NCBI GenBank assembly: GCA_964447075.1
Contig: CAYUQY010000005.1
Span: 1 to 54,001 of the forward strand
DNA: 54,001 bases
Reading direction: 5' to 3'
Origin: an uncultured Pseudomonadales bacterium
GTDB taxonomy: Bacteria; Patescibacteriota; Microgenomatia; UBA1400; PJMF01
Shown: piece after piece, positions 34,280-43,926 of the stretch
Position numbering within the stretch: position 1 is the stretch's first letter
Layout of the letters: each line of letters begins with the position of its first letter
Position numbers and translations under genes: made by a program
The notes under the pieces: generated by a model
The model's input: only the letters and a program-made list of their open reading frames with translations
Told to the model about the DNA's origin: nothing
Databases searched by the model: none

Positions 34280-34377
34280 AAGATGATTATAAGCTAAATT
34301 TAGAATTACATCAGCTACAAAATACGCCTCCAAAACTTTTACTGATTACAAAAACTAAGGTATATGTAAGTACCAGC

Positions 34378-34776
34378 TCAAACACCAATTTTCTTAGCAA
34401 TTAAGAAAGTCAGGGTGGATACGCAGGCTGCCAGCGTCGCACCCCAGACTAAGTCTACTATAGTTACCAGGAGTGGCCAATCTTTAGCTATAGCCAGGTT
34501 TGTCAGGTCATAAGTAGCGTAGCAAACCAATCCAAACAGTGCGCCGTAAATAAGTGCATGCGTCCACGAATTTTTTTCGACAGCTGGAGCAATCACAAAT
34601 ACTACTAAGGCTACTACAAACAGCAGGTAAAAAATTATGGCCGCTACCCAATTGATATCACTTTTCATAAGTGAGCCTATTTGCTGTCTGTAGAAATCCT
34701 TGGCTACTACTCCCAACCAGATCATATCTATGAAAAAAAAGACGGGAAGCGCGATGGCAAAAAGTTTTAGTAGCAT
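34378..34776 (-). CDS. DUF2177-family membrane protein
   Basis: DMIWLG, YATYDLTNLA, DLVWG motifs. Confidence 0.88.
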   Translation of the reverse strand: MLLKLFAIALPVFFFIDMIWLGVVAKDFYRQQIGSLMKSDINWVAAIIFYLLFVVALVVFVIAPAVEKNSWTHALIYGALFGLVCYATYDLTNLAIAKDWPLLVTIVDLVWGATLAACVSTLTFLIAKKIGV

Positions 34777-34777
34777 A

Positions 34778-35182
34778 TTATTTGTTTAAGTAAGTTATGG
34801 TTAGTTGTAAACAAGTAGCAAATACTCCCCATATTAGATATGGAGTATTGGTGTAGACCACCCATCGCAAATTAGGTGATGAATGCCAAATAGCGTAGAA
34901 AGCCCAGATCAAAGTTCCCACAACAAGTAAAATATCTATAGATGCAAGGAGATTATTCTTCAGAACAAACTGGATAGGTGAAAAGGCAAAATTGAAAAGC
35001 AGATTAAGTGCAAATGGCAGCGCTACCATCCACGCAATTTGTCTAGCAAAAGTTTTGTAAAATACGAAACCAAAAGAGATGACGATGATCGCGTACAGGA
35101 CAGTCCAAACTGGGCCAAAGAGCCAGCTTGGTGGTGCCCATGTGGGCTTAATTAGCTGTGCGTACCAGGAGTAAGTGTCCAT
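34778..35182 (-). CDS. tspO: TspO/MBR-family tryptophan-rich sensory protein
   Basis: WYAQLIKPTWAPPSWLFGPVWTVLY, LNLLFN, PYLIWGVFA. Confidence 0.92.
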   Translation of the reverse strand: MDTYSWYAQLIKPTWAPPSWLFGPVWTVLYAIIVISFGFVFYKTFARQIAWMVALPFALNLLFNFAFSPIQFVLKNNLLASIDILLVVGTLIWAFYAIWHSSPNLRWVVYTNTPYLIWGVFATCLQLTITYLNK

Positions 35183-35291
35183 ACATTTAATTATTATTGC
35201 TTTGAGACATTATAATCAATAAGTGTCATAAGAAGGATCTCAATTTAACCTTACTTACAAAATAGACAAAAAAAACGCACTCACTAGATTC

Positions 35292-36404
35292 ATGCCAGAT
35301 ACAAGCCTCCCCCCAATCCAACCCACTGGGCTTCACAACTACCTCAACTTAAAGCAAGAATTTAACCTTCTCCCCAGTGTCTCACGCTACTTCTACGCCT
35401 CCTGGGAAGATGGGCTTTGGGATCTGCTGCTAAATCTGAAGATTAAGCCCGAATCTACAGCGCTAGTGCCTGAGTTTTTTTGCCAAAATGTAGTGACAAA
35501 CATGGAGGCTCATGGTTTAAAAATAATCTGGTATCCCTGTGATCGATTTTTTCGAACAGATCCGAATCAACTACTCGAGCTTATCACCGCCCACTCGCCT
35601 GCAGTTCTAGTCATCTTACATGCTGTGGGTATAACTAACCCACTTTGGTCACAAACTAACGATTGGCTGCCAAGCTTACCTAAGTCCAGTCTTCTCATCG
35701 AAGACAGCGTCCACAGAGTAGTAGATCCTGCCAAAATTACACTGCTTCATCCACGACATGTGGTTATGGATAGTTTACGCAAAGTCTCACCGCTCGTAGG
35801 CAGCAACTTATATATATCTGATCAAATCAAGATCATTCCCACAGCGTGGCAGCAAACTTGGCAGTATCAACTTCAAGTCTATGGTTGGTATCTAATTTTT
35901 CAAATGTTTTTGTCTCTACAAACTATCAATATCTCGCTTCGCTGGCAGAACTTCTGCAACCAAAGAGCAGAGCTTGTAATGCTACGCAGCTACGATGTGA
36001 TTGGCGACAGTAAACTCTCAGGAGCAGGCTGGCCAATTTTTGACTGGCTGTCTAAAAAAATAGATCACACAAAAATAGCTCAAACAAAAGTCGACCAAGT
36101 TAAGTACTACCTAGAACATCTTGCATCTGCATGGAGATCACAAAGTATCTATCAAATCCCCATCCATACATCAGATTTCGGTAGACTCAGAGGCTACCCC
36201 ATCGGCATCGAAAGTCTGAATGCTTCAAAAGTAATCTCAAGTCTGAGAGAAAAGGGTCTACTACTCAGGTTGGAATTAGACCCCAGCCCCTGGAGTAAGA
36301 AGCAAAAAGTCATTTATTTGCCGCTTGGACCACACCTCTCTGCAGATCAGATTTCATGGAGTTGTAAAACGCTTTTGAGTGCTATCATTGGCGAAGAAAA
36401 CTGA
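35292..36404 (+). CDS. Divergent DegT/DnrJ-like PLP-fold protein
   Basis: LVPEFFCQNV, LLIEDSVH, DSLRK; resembles sugar aminotransferase N-terminal motifs; tentative. Confidence 0.55.
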   Translation: MPDTSLPPIQPTGLHNYLNLKQEFNLLPSVSRYFYASWEDGLWDLLLNLKIKPESTALVPEFFCQNVVTNMEAHGLKIIWYPCDRFFRTDPNQLLELITAHSPAVLVILHAVGITNPLWSQTNDWLPSLPKSSLLIEDSVHRVVDPAKITLLHPRHVVMDSLRKVSPLVGSNLYISDQIKIIPTAWQQTWQYQLQVYGWYLIFQMFLSLQTINISLRWQNFCNQRAELVMLRSYDVIGDSKLSGAGWPIFDWLSKKIDHTKIAQTKVDQVKYYLEHLASAWRSQSIYQIPIHTSDFGRLRGYPIGIESLNASKVISSLREKGLLLRLELDPSPWSKKQKVIYLPLGPHLSADQISWSCKTLLSAIIGEEN

Positions 36405-36453
36405 CCCAACGTGCAAGGGGTAATCGGAACAAAAAATTTACTAAAGACATCAT

Positions 36454-37029
36454 ATGAAAATAGGCATCATCACAGGTTCCAACAGGCCGGGACGATTCAA
36501 TATTCAGCCTGCCACGTGGATTACGAAATTAGCTAGCGCTACTCCTGAAGTTACAGCAAATCTGCTAGATCTTGAAGAGATAAATTTGCCATTTCTCGAC
36601 GAGTCTGCCCCACCCATGATGCAGAAGTACAGTAAAGAGCATACTAAATCATGGTCAAAGACCATATCTCAAATGGACGGCTACATCTTCGTGACTCCAG
36701 AATACAACCACTCTTACTCAGCTGTTCTCAAAAATGCCTTAGATTATCTACTTTCAGAGTGGAGTTACAAACCAGCCTGCTTCCTAAGTTACGGTGGTTC
36801 ATCTGGAGGCTCCAGAGCAGTCGAGCATCTCAGAACAGTTATGGCCGAACTCAAGATCTACGACCTCAAAGAACAAGTCATGATCATCAACTACTGGGGA
36901 AATTTGGACGAAAAAGGAAACTACAAGTTTGATGAAAAACTAGCCATGGCTGGCCAAAGAATGATTAATGAACTGGTTTTCTGGGCAAAGGTGATGAAAG
37001 ATGCTAGAGAAACAAGAACAAGCGTATAG
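36454..37029 (+). CDS. NAD(P)H-dependent FMN reductase
   Basis: GSNRPGR, DGYIFVTPEYNHSYSAVLKNALD, YGGSSGGSRAVEHLR. Confidence 0.93.
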   Translation: MKIGIITGSNRPGRFNIQPATWITKLASATPEVTANLLDLEEINLPFLDESAPPMMQKYSKEHTKSWSKTISQMDGYIFVTPEYNHSYSAVLKNALDYLLSEWSYKPACFLSYGGSSGGSRAVEHLRTVMAELKIYDLKEQVMIINYWGNLDEKGNYKFDEKLAMAGQRMINELVFWAKVMKDARETRTSV

Positions 37030-37228
37030 TAAGACCATGGCACGATACCCGGATGCTTGCAGCATACCAAAGCCAATAATAACTATCTTCTTGTTGATTT
37101 CACTTTTAACATTAGGAGCTTTATACACTATCGATCCCAATTGGCGCCAAGCAAAATGGTCTATTTAATCAGAGCTAGCAATCTCGCTTGCACATCTAAT
37201 TACTAGCACTAGCCAAAGGTCTGCCAAT

Positions 37229-37567
37229 ATGCCCAACTTCGATCCCATCACCTGGCTACGTCAATTTAGACTTGGGCCATTTGCCATCTTTGACTTTACG
37301 GCTACATACCTAGTTCTCTACTTACTCTCTCCTGCGATCAAGTGGCTATTCTCACTCATCCAAGTAAATATCAGAACTGCCCAAATCATGTGGCTAGCTC
37401 TGCCACTCAGTATTGTGGCGCACATAATTTCTAAACAAGATACAGCTCTAACTAAAATGTTCCTCGATCCCAACGGCCACCTTGAAGTCAAACTTCTCAT
37501 AGTCTGGATGGTGTTCATGGCGCTCAAACCTGAGAAATGCACCTCAAGCAACTCTAGATTACCTTAA
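37229..37567 (+). CDS. Small membrane hypothetical protein
   Basis: RQFRLGPFAIFD plus two to three hydrophobic segments. Confidence 0.65.
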   Translation: MPNFDPITWLRQFRLGPFAIFDFTATYLVLYLLSPAIKWLFSLIQVNIRTAQIMWLALPLSIVAHIISKQDTALTKMFLDPNGHLEVKLLIVWMVFMALKPEKCTSSNSRLP

Positions 37568-37623
37568 AATGAAGTTAGATATAAATTTCTCAACTTTTGA
37601 TTAGGTGTAGAATACGATCTACT

Positions 37624-38469
37624 ATGGAAATACAAGTCGCCACACAAAGAATCCTGCTTTTTGATGATCTTATCAATCCAGAAGATGCCAAACAAAAAGC
37701 CTGGAGTAAAAAAACTGAAGCCTTCGGCACGCTTGATAAATTTGCTAGCTTTCTCACCCGCCCTAAAGATGAGGACTTCGAGCTTATTTACAGCGAACAT
37801 CGCTACCAACCCTTCTGGCACGTCGTAGCCAAGGCAAAATATGTTTACGATAGAACGGCAGATTACCAAATAAGCTCATCCAGTCCAGAAGTTAAGTCCA
37901 TTACCTGGGAAAAGAACAAATATGAGATTGCAAATGGTCACTTCCATGTATCAGTAACTGAGCACTGCCAGCAAGAAGAGCATGATGAAGTCTTGGTGGA
38001 TGGTGTGACAGGCAAAGCGCGTCCTGATCTCAAAAAATACTTGTCGATGTCACCCAAAGTAGTCACTGACGACCTGGAGAAGAAAGTGACCGCCAACTCT
38101 ATCGTAGTGCCTCCACAGGCTCGTGTCTCGGCAATTATGCGAGATGCACTATCCAAAATGATCAAGGGCATTCAAGCCGATAAAATTCTTGAAGAGTCTG
38201 TAGAAGTGCAGTGTGTTGACCTTTACTACTACCCTGTCTATGCCTTTCAATTCACTTGGAAGTCCAAGAACAAAGAAGCGATCGTAGAAGTAGATGGTCT
38301 GACTGGTGAGGTAGGCACTGGCAACCGCACCTTCAATGAGTACCTAGGTAAAGTTCTAGATCAAAACTTCTTGTTCGACCTAGGCGCTGATGCGGCAGGC
38401 ATGCTCATACCAGGCGGCAGCATCGCTGTCAAAGTAGCTAAGAAGTATATTGAGACTAAGAAGAAGTAA
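37624..38469 (+). CDS. Conserved hypothetical protein
   Basis: Clean ORF from ATG 37624 with strong coding codon pattern; function unrecognised. Confidence 0.75.
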   Translation: MEIQVATQRILLFDDLINPEDAKQKAWSKKTEAFGTLDKFASFLTRPKDEDFELIYSEHRYQPFWHVVAKAKYVYDRTADYQISSSSPEVKSITWEKNKYEIANGHFHVSVTEHCQQEEHDEVLVDGVTGKARPDLKKYLSMSPKVVTDDLEKKVTANSIVVPPQARVSAIMRDALSKMIKGIQADKILEESVEVQCVDLYYYPVYAFQFTWKSKNKEAIVEVDGLTGEVGTGNRTFNEYLGKVLDQNFLFDLGADAAGMLIPGGSIAVKVAKKYIETKKK

Positions 38470-38508
38470 GGCATGGAATTAAGATAACACTCTTAGGTCT
38501 TAACTAAA

Positions 38509-40743
38509 TCATTTTTTTTCAAAACTTTCCCACAACATCTTCGCCACTCCAAGCGCAGTACCGTCAAAGACTGATTGGCGCTTTACCCTCAACCCCAAAG
38601 TCTCAGATTGTATCCTAGCTAAGTCATCATTCTGACTCATGCCGCCGTCTAGCCAAACTTCTCTTGGCTTAATTGGGCACTTGGCGATAGCATAAGCTAC
38701 TTTACTAGAAATTTCTTTCCAAATAGGTATCAGATCTTCTCCACTATCTAGTAGTGCTTGAACCCTTTGACCATACACACCTACTTTTGCTTCGACTCCA
38801 TAGAGTACTTGCGAGGAGCTGGAGGGTAAAAGGGTCGTAAACCAGCTGTCGAAAAGCTGGAACTGCGCACCAATCACCTGGACGACAAATGTGCCAGTGC
38901 CGTAGGTCACTTTAGTCATACCTGGCTCCATCTCAGCAATAGCGCAGCTAGCTTGTTGGTCTCCGCAAACTACTTCGACGCTCAGAGACTTTCCAAAAAC
39001 AGACTCATTGGTAGACCCAAAATGAGAAATAGAGCTTTGAGTCTTGGACAAGATGTTTGAGGGAACCTCGAAGATTTGACCAAGCCTCTCACTCCACCCC
39101 TGAGTCTGAATATCAAAAAGCAGAGTTCTGGCAGCATTTGTCGTATCTGTTACAAAAATGTTTTGATTTGTCTCAGGATTTTTTTTCAGCCAGTGCCAAA
39201 GGAGCCAACTATCTAAAGTTCCGATCGCCAGAGAGCCTGTGCTAGCCAGCTGTGCTGCTAACAAATTATTTTTCAGTAGCCAACTTATTTTTGAAGCAGA
39301 GAAGTAAGGCAAAATAGGTAAGCCCGTGCGCTCTCTGACTTCTTGTCCAAATTGAGAGTTTAAAAGTAGACACTCATCTTTAGTTCTTTCATCTTCCCAG
39401 ACTATCGCCGTGGTGACAGCCTGACCGGTTTTTTTATCCCAAGCCACGACTGTCTCTCTTTGGTTGGTCAAGCCCATGGCTAAAACAGGCACTGTCACGC
39501 CTTCCAAAACTTGACGAGCCACCAAGCGACTTTTCTCAAGAATTTCATGGGGGGACTGCTCCACCCAACCAAGCAGTGACACATGTTTTTCCAAGCGTAA
39601 ATATGATTTTTTAAGTAGCTTCAAATCACGACTAAAAAGACAAGCTTTGACACCAGTCGTGCCCACATCTATGACGAGCATTAATGCATCTAAAGAGTTG
39701 GAGACTATGTTACTCTCCTGAAATCCAGTAATCTTACTTTCCTCATTTTTAACTTTTTCTGAAGATGAAAAACTGCTGGTCATACTCCTGAGTGGTACGA
39801 GCATGCTAGACATAGTAGTAATCAACCTAGTTAGAGAAGCCAGTACTGCAGTCTTTTCTACTAAAATATTTTCTATGGCTTCTAAAAGTGGTAAGTCTGT
39901 CTGAGGTCGACTTCTAATCAGCTGCAACAAAGAAGGAAGCGACCGAGTACCCTCACTAGGCTTATACTCATGCCCCAAAGCAATATCGACTCCAGTTCGA
40001 TGATTTTGTGAGTCACTACTTAGTCCAGTAGCGACTAAGTCACCGACTCCAGCACTTGTCAAAACAAGTGATGGATCACCACCTAATATCTTTACCACCT
40101 GCTGCATCTCTATTATGCAGCGACTGATCAGCCAACCAGCTCGATTTGCACCCCAGTCTAGACCACTTGCCATACCCAGTAAAACAGCATAGATATTTTT
40201 CAAAACTCCCAAGAGAGCAATGGTGTGCACATCTTCATAGAACTCGAATCCAACTTTATTTTTAGAGAAAAAAGATTTGAGGTTCGCGGCTAGATTTTGA
40301 TCACTTGTGGCCACAACTGCTTGCCCACCCTTGCCTGCCATAAGCTCTTCAGCGATAAGCGGGCCGTAGAGCAGCCCCCAACTTTGGCTCGAAGGCAGCA
40401 GCCTAGATAACTCCTGATCTATGGTGAGTCCAGTTCCTGGAGTAATGCCTTTTGCCAGACACACCACGCCTGTCTCTGACTTTAAGTCAGGCAAGATTTG
40501 ACGAATCACCTCTGGAACTGCAGGTGATGGCACACATAAAAAAATTACGTCAGCTTTTTGTACCGCATCAGTGAGTGTGGTGATACCACTGCACTTAACT
40601 GGAGTTCGATCCCAGATACAGACATTCGCTCCTGATGAATTTATGAGGGTGGCTAAGGCTCGACCTATTTCACCTGAGCCAAGAATCAAAACAGATGATA
40701 CATGGGCAGTACTATCCAGCATTATGGCTCTATTGTGACACAA
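38509..40743 (-). CDS. Fusion of NAD(P)H-dependent glycerol-3-phosphate dehydrogenase and FGGY glycerol kinase
   Basis: N-half GSGEIG, LAKGI, GPLIAEE, LKNIYA, AGVGDLVAT (GpsA-like); C-half IDVGTTG, TNQRET, WEDERT, YFSASK, TDTTNAART, GDQQA, TYGTG (GlpK-like). The start is uncertain (alternative ATG 40722). Confidence 0.88.
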   Translation of the reverse strand: MCHNRAIMLDSTAHVSSVLILGSGEIGRALATLINSSGANVCIWDRTPVKCSGITTLTDAVQKADVIFLCVPSPAVPEVIRQILPDLKSETGVVCLAKGITPGTGLTIDQELSRLLPSSQSWGLLYGPLIAEELMAGKGGQAVVATSDQNLAANLKSFFSKNKVGFEFYEDVHTIALLGVLKNIYAVLLGMASGLDWGANRAGWLISRCIIEMQQVVKILGGDPSLVLTSAGVGDLVATGLSSDSQNHRTGVDIALGHEYKPSEGTRSLPSLLQLIRSRPQTDLPLLEAIENILVEKTAVLASLTRLITTMSSMLVPLRSMTSSFSSSEKVKNEESKITGFQESNIVSNSLDALMLVIDVGTTGVKACLFSRDLKLLKKSYLRLEKHVSLLGWVEQSPHEILEKSRLVARQVLEGVTVPVLAMGLTNQRETVVAWDKKTGQAVTTAIVWEDERTKDECLLLNSQFGQEVRERTGLPILPYFSASKISWLLKNNLLAAQLASTGSLAIGTLDSWLLWHWLKKNPETNQNIFVTDTTNAARTLLFDIQTQGWSERLGQIFEVPSNILSKTQSSISHFGSTNESVFGKSLSVEVVCGDQQASCAIAEMEPGMTKVTYGTGTFVVQVIGAQFQLFDSWFTTLLPSSSSQVLYGVEAKVGVYGQRVQALLDSGEDLIPIWKEISSKVAYAIAKCPIKPREVWLDGGMSQNDDLARIQSETLGLRVKRQSVFDGTALGVAKMLWESFEKK

Positions 40744-40768
40744 AATTGCGATATACTAACGAGCGTCT

Positions 40769-41674
40769 ATGTCACATGCTCCCATCACTACAGCGATCAT
40801 CGCCTCAGCAGGGCTGGGCACTCGTTTTCTGCCTGTCACCAAAGTTATTCAGAAGGAACTACTCCCGATCTTGAACACCCCCATCATCGAGCACGTCGTA
40901 GCTGATTGTGTCAAAGCTGGGATCACAAGGATAATTCTTGTGCACTCAGAAAGAAATAAACAGATCAAGCAGCTCTACTCTCCAGATGATGAGTTTGTAG
41001 CTACTCTAACTAGCCTGGGCAAACGTGATAAAGCAATCGAGGTAGAACAACTTAATCAAAGATGTGAGTTCGTTTTTGTACCTCAACCCGCGAGTGCTGG
41101 TTACGGCACAGCCGTACCACTTAAGTTAGTCAAAGACCTTGTCAAAAATGAAGAGGCCTTTGTAGTTTTGATGGGTGATGACTTTCTCTATAACAATGAT
41201 GGAAGAAGTGAAATTTCGCAGATGATAACTACTTACAGGGAGTCTGGGGCTCAGGGACTCTGTACCTGCGTCCAGATGCCAGATGACAAACTATCTGCGT
41301 ATGGAGTGATGAAGTTGCTTAACCAATCAGCTCAAAGCCCATATCTTTGGCTCGAGGGCATCGTAGAAAAACCATCACTTGGAACTGCTCCAAGCAACCT
41401 AGTCAACGTAAGTAAATATATCTTCAGTCAGAGAATTTTTGAGTCACTGGAACAGCAAGTTGTAGACCCTCGCTTGAATGAGTGGCTGATCACGGACACT
41501 CTCTCTATCTTTGCTCAAAGCCAAAAAGTGGTGATCCACCAGCCCACTGGTCAGTACTTAGATGGTGGCAACATAGCAGGCTGGCTCAAAGCCAACATCA
41601 CCCTTGCTTGGAGAGAACCTCTCTTACGTCAGACTGTGATAGATACTATTAGATCACTACAACTAGAACAGTAG
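40769..41674 (+). CDS. galU: UTP-glucose-1-phosphate uridylyltransferase
   Basis: ASAGLGTRFLPVTKVIQKELLP, LMGDD, YGVM, IVEKP, YLDGG. Confidence 0.88.
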   Translation: MSHAPITTAIIASAGLGTRFLPVTKVIQKELLPILNTPIIEHVVADCVKAGITRIILVHSERNKQIKQLYSPDDEFVATLTSLGKRDKAIEVEQLNQRCEFVFVPQPASAGYGTAVPLKLVKDLVKNEEAFVVLMGDDFLYNNDGRSEISQMITTYRESGAQGLCTCVQMPDDKLSAYGVMKLLNQSAQSPYLWLEGIVEKPSLGTAPSNLVNVSKYIFSQRIFESLEQQVVDPRLNEWLITDTLSIFAQSQKVVIHQPTGQYLDGGNIAGWLKANITLAWREPLLRQTVIDTIRSLQLEQ

Positions 41675-41737
41675 TCAGAAAATTAAGAAAATGGCGTAGA
41701 TAAAGAAACCTTGTTTAACTTTGGCAGTTTGGGCAGC

Positions 41738-42229
41738 TTACTCTACAGATTTTACCAAGTAACTTACCTCTCCATTGGGAGTTGTGACTTTTACTTCATC
41801 GCCCTCTTTTTTTCCTAAGGTAGCGGCTCCTATAGGACTTTGCAGAGAGAGCTTATGAGCAGTGGGATCTGACTCGTGCTCGCTCACGAGCATGAACTTC
41901 AGCTCTGTCTTTTTAACTTTATGGACTAGCGTGACTGTACTCCCAAAATCTATCTCCTTCGATCCATGATTAACCTCTGGAACGTATCCCTCAGACAGAA
42001 CATGCTCTAGGTAGCGCAAGCGTCTAGTCACGTTGCCTAACTCAAGCTTGGCGTAGATATAAGCACCATTTTCAGAAAGGTCGCCCATCTCACGAGCAGT
42101 CTGCAGCCTCACTATAACGTCTTTGCGCTCCTGTGTTAGGCGCTCAAAATCGAGACTGTTCTTAGCGTAAGCTGCAGCTGTAAAGGGAATTTTAGAAGAC
42201 AAATTATTTTTTGGACCATAGGACAACAT
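41738..42229 (-). CDS. greA: Transcription elongation factor GreA
   Basis: AREMGDLSENGAY, IDFGSTV, LSLQSPIGAATLGKKEGD, TPNG. Confidence 0.95.
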   Translation of the reverse strand: MLSYGPKNNLSSKIPFTAAAYAKNSLDFERLTQERKDVIVRLQTAREMGDLSENGAYIYAKLELGNVTRRLRYLEHVLSEGYVPEVNHGSKEIDFGSTVTLVHKVKKTELKFMLVSEHESDPTAHKLSLQSPIGAATLGKKEGDEVKVTTPNGEVSYLVKSVE

Positions 42230-42452
42230 GTCCCATGACTGCCATTGCTACCAAGGCCCAACCGAAAACATCAAGATTTGGTAGAGCAAGATAGTGAGTC
42301 ATGAGCATTCCTAAGCCAATTCCTCCTGTGACGTGTATGATACCGCACCAACTGGTACAACAGTTACCGCAGTTATTGCAGTCGAAGCAAGATGGGGCAC
42401 TCATTGCTGAGCTTCTTGATGATTTGGTTGTTTTACTTTTACGTGCAGGCAT
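42204..42452 (-). CDS. Small Cys-rich membrane protein
   Basis: 82 aa; CFDCNNCGNCC..WC followed by two TM helices; preceded by AAGGAG. Confidence 0.7.
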   Translation of the reverse strand: MPARKSKTTKSSRSSAMSAPSCFDCNNCGNCCTSWCGIIHVTGGIGLGMLMTHYLALPNLDVFGWALVAMAVMGHVVLWSKK

Positions 42453-42635
42453 AGTTCTCCTTAAGAATATTAAGTATATAGTGTGAAAAATTTCACCACA
42501 TCTGTCAAGTAGTCACAACCTATCATCACCATATCTAATTTGATCATAGCTCTAGACATAGTACAATTGTAGATAAAGAAAATCGGTCTAGCTGAAGTCT
42601 CTCACTGCCCTAGAACTTGTTTTTCAAAAAACTAT

Positions 42636-43919
42636 ATGCCCAACGTTTCACCAAGTCTTTCACCTCTCATAAAACCTAGAAGACGCGTCTGTATGATCTC
42701 GTTCCACACCTGTCCACTCGCGAGTCAGGAAGGTAAAGAAAGTGGTGGCATGAATGTCTATGTTTTAGAACTTGCTAAGCAACTTTGTGCCCAGGGCCAC
42801 ACTGTAGACATCTACACTAGAACTCAAGAGGTCAACAATAATGGCGTAGTCCAAGTAGCCGAAAGATTACGAGTCATACATCTCATGGCAGGATCGCACT
42901 ACCAGCTTCCTAAGAATCAGCTTTTAACCGTCTCTGATGACTTTGTCGTTTCTTTCACCAAGTTTATTCAAGATAATGTTCTAGAGTACGACATACTTCA
43001 CTGTCACTACTACCTATCAGGATTCATAGGCTTACAAATTAAACAAGCCTTGGACTGGAGTACACCTTTAGTATTCACTTTTCACACACTTGCTCTGATA
43101 AAGAACTTAGTAGCTCGCAGTACGTCAGAACAAGAAACTCCTGAAAGAATTTCCAACGAGCTACTTCTTGGCTCCAAGGTGGACGCCATCATCAGTCCCA
43201 GCGAAAACGAGAGAGAGTATCTTACTCACCTCTACGGAGTAGCGCCACGAAAAATTAACATCGTCCCTCCAGGTGTGGACCTTAATCTTTTTAAGCCTAT
43301 GTCAAAAGCTACTGCTAAAAATAAAATTGGCGCAGACTTGAATCACAAAATAATTCTCTTTGCCGGACGAATCGAACCACTCAAAGGTATCGACTCCATA
43401 CTCTACGCCACGAGAATCTTACTCTCCAAAAGTCCTGAACTAGCGCCTCTTTGCGTCTGGATTGTGGGCGGAGACGTCTCCCAACCCAAGTACCTCTGGT
43501 CTGACGAACTAAAGAGACTAGAGAAGTTACGTGCCCAACTTGGTCTTACTTTTTATGTTCACTTTGCGGGACAGAATAAACAAGAGGATCTCCCCTATTT
43601 TTACAATGCGGCCGAAGTGGTCGTCATGCCCTCACACTATGAGTCTTTTGGCATGGCTGCTGCCGAGAGCTTGGCATGCGGTACACCAGTGATTACCACA
43701 AATCTAACTGGTATCTCAAACCTCTTTGACAACAAACACCAGCACTTAATAACCTCTGCTAATAATCCTCTACTTCTAGCTAAGCTTATGGAGCAAATTC
43801 TATCTGGCGCAAGCACACATTCAGCCGCTCAATTAAGAGAAACAGTGGCTGACTTAGATTGGAGTAGTACCGCTGCTAAAGTAGTCAAAGTGTACGATGA
43901 CTTGTTACCGACAAAGTAA
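42636..43919 (+). CDS. GT4 glycosyltransferase, MshA-like
   Basis: HTCPLA...SGGMNVYV, HCHYYLSG, HTLALIKN, GRIEPLKG, MPSHYESFGMAAAE. Confidence 0.88.
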   Translation: MPNVSPSLSPLIKPRRRVCMISFHTCPLASQEGKESGGMNVYVLELAKQLCAQGHTVDIYTRTQEVNNNGVVQVAERLRVIHLMAGSHYQLPKNQLLTVSDDFVVSFTKFIQDNVLEYDILHCHYYLSGFIGLQIKQALDWSTPLVFTFHTLALIKNLVARSTSEQETPERISNELLLGSKVDAIISPSENEREYLTHLYGVAPRKINIVPPGVDLNLFKPMSKATAKNKIGADLNHKIILFAGRIEPLKGIDSILYATRILLSKSPELAPLCVWIVGGDVSQPKYLWSDELKRLEKLRAQLGLTFYVHFAGQNKQEDLPYFYNAAEVVVMPSHYESFGMAAAESLACGTPVITTNLTGISNLFDNKHQHLITSANNPLLLAKLMEQILSGASTHSAAQLRETVADLDWSSTAAKVVKVYDDLLPTK

Positions 43920-43926
43920 AAAAAAT

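Noticed and set aside
33446-43919. Complete mycothiol pathway (PIG-L as MshB plus MshA-like GT)
   Set aside because: The genes are more than 8 kb apart and no MshC, MshD or inositol-phosphate synthase is in the window; family membership alone is insufficient.
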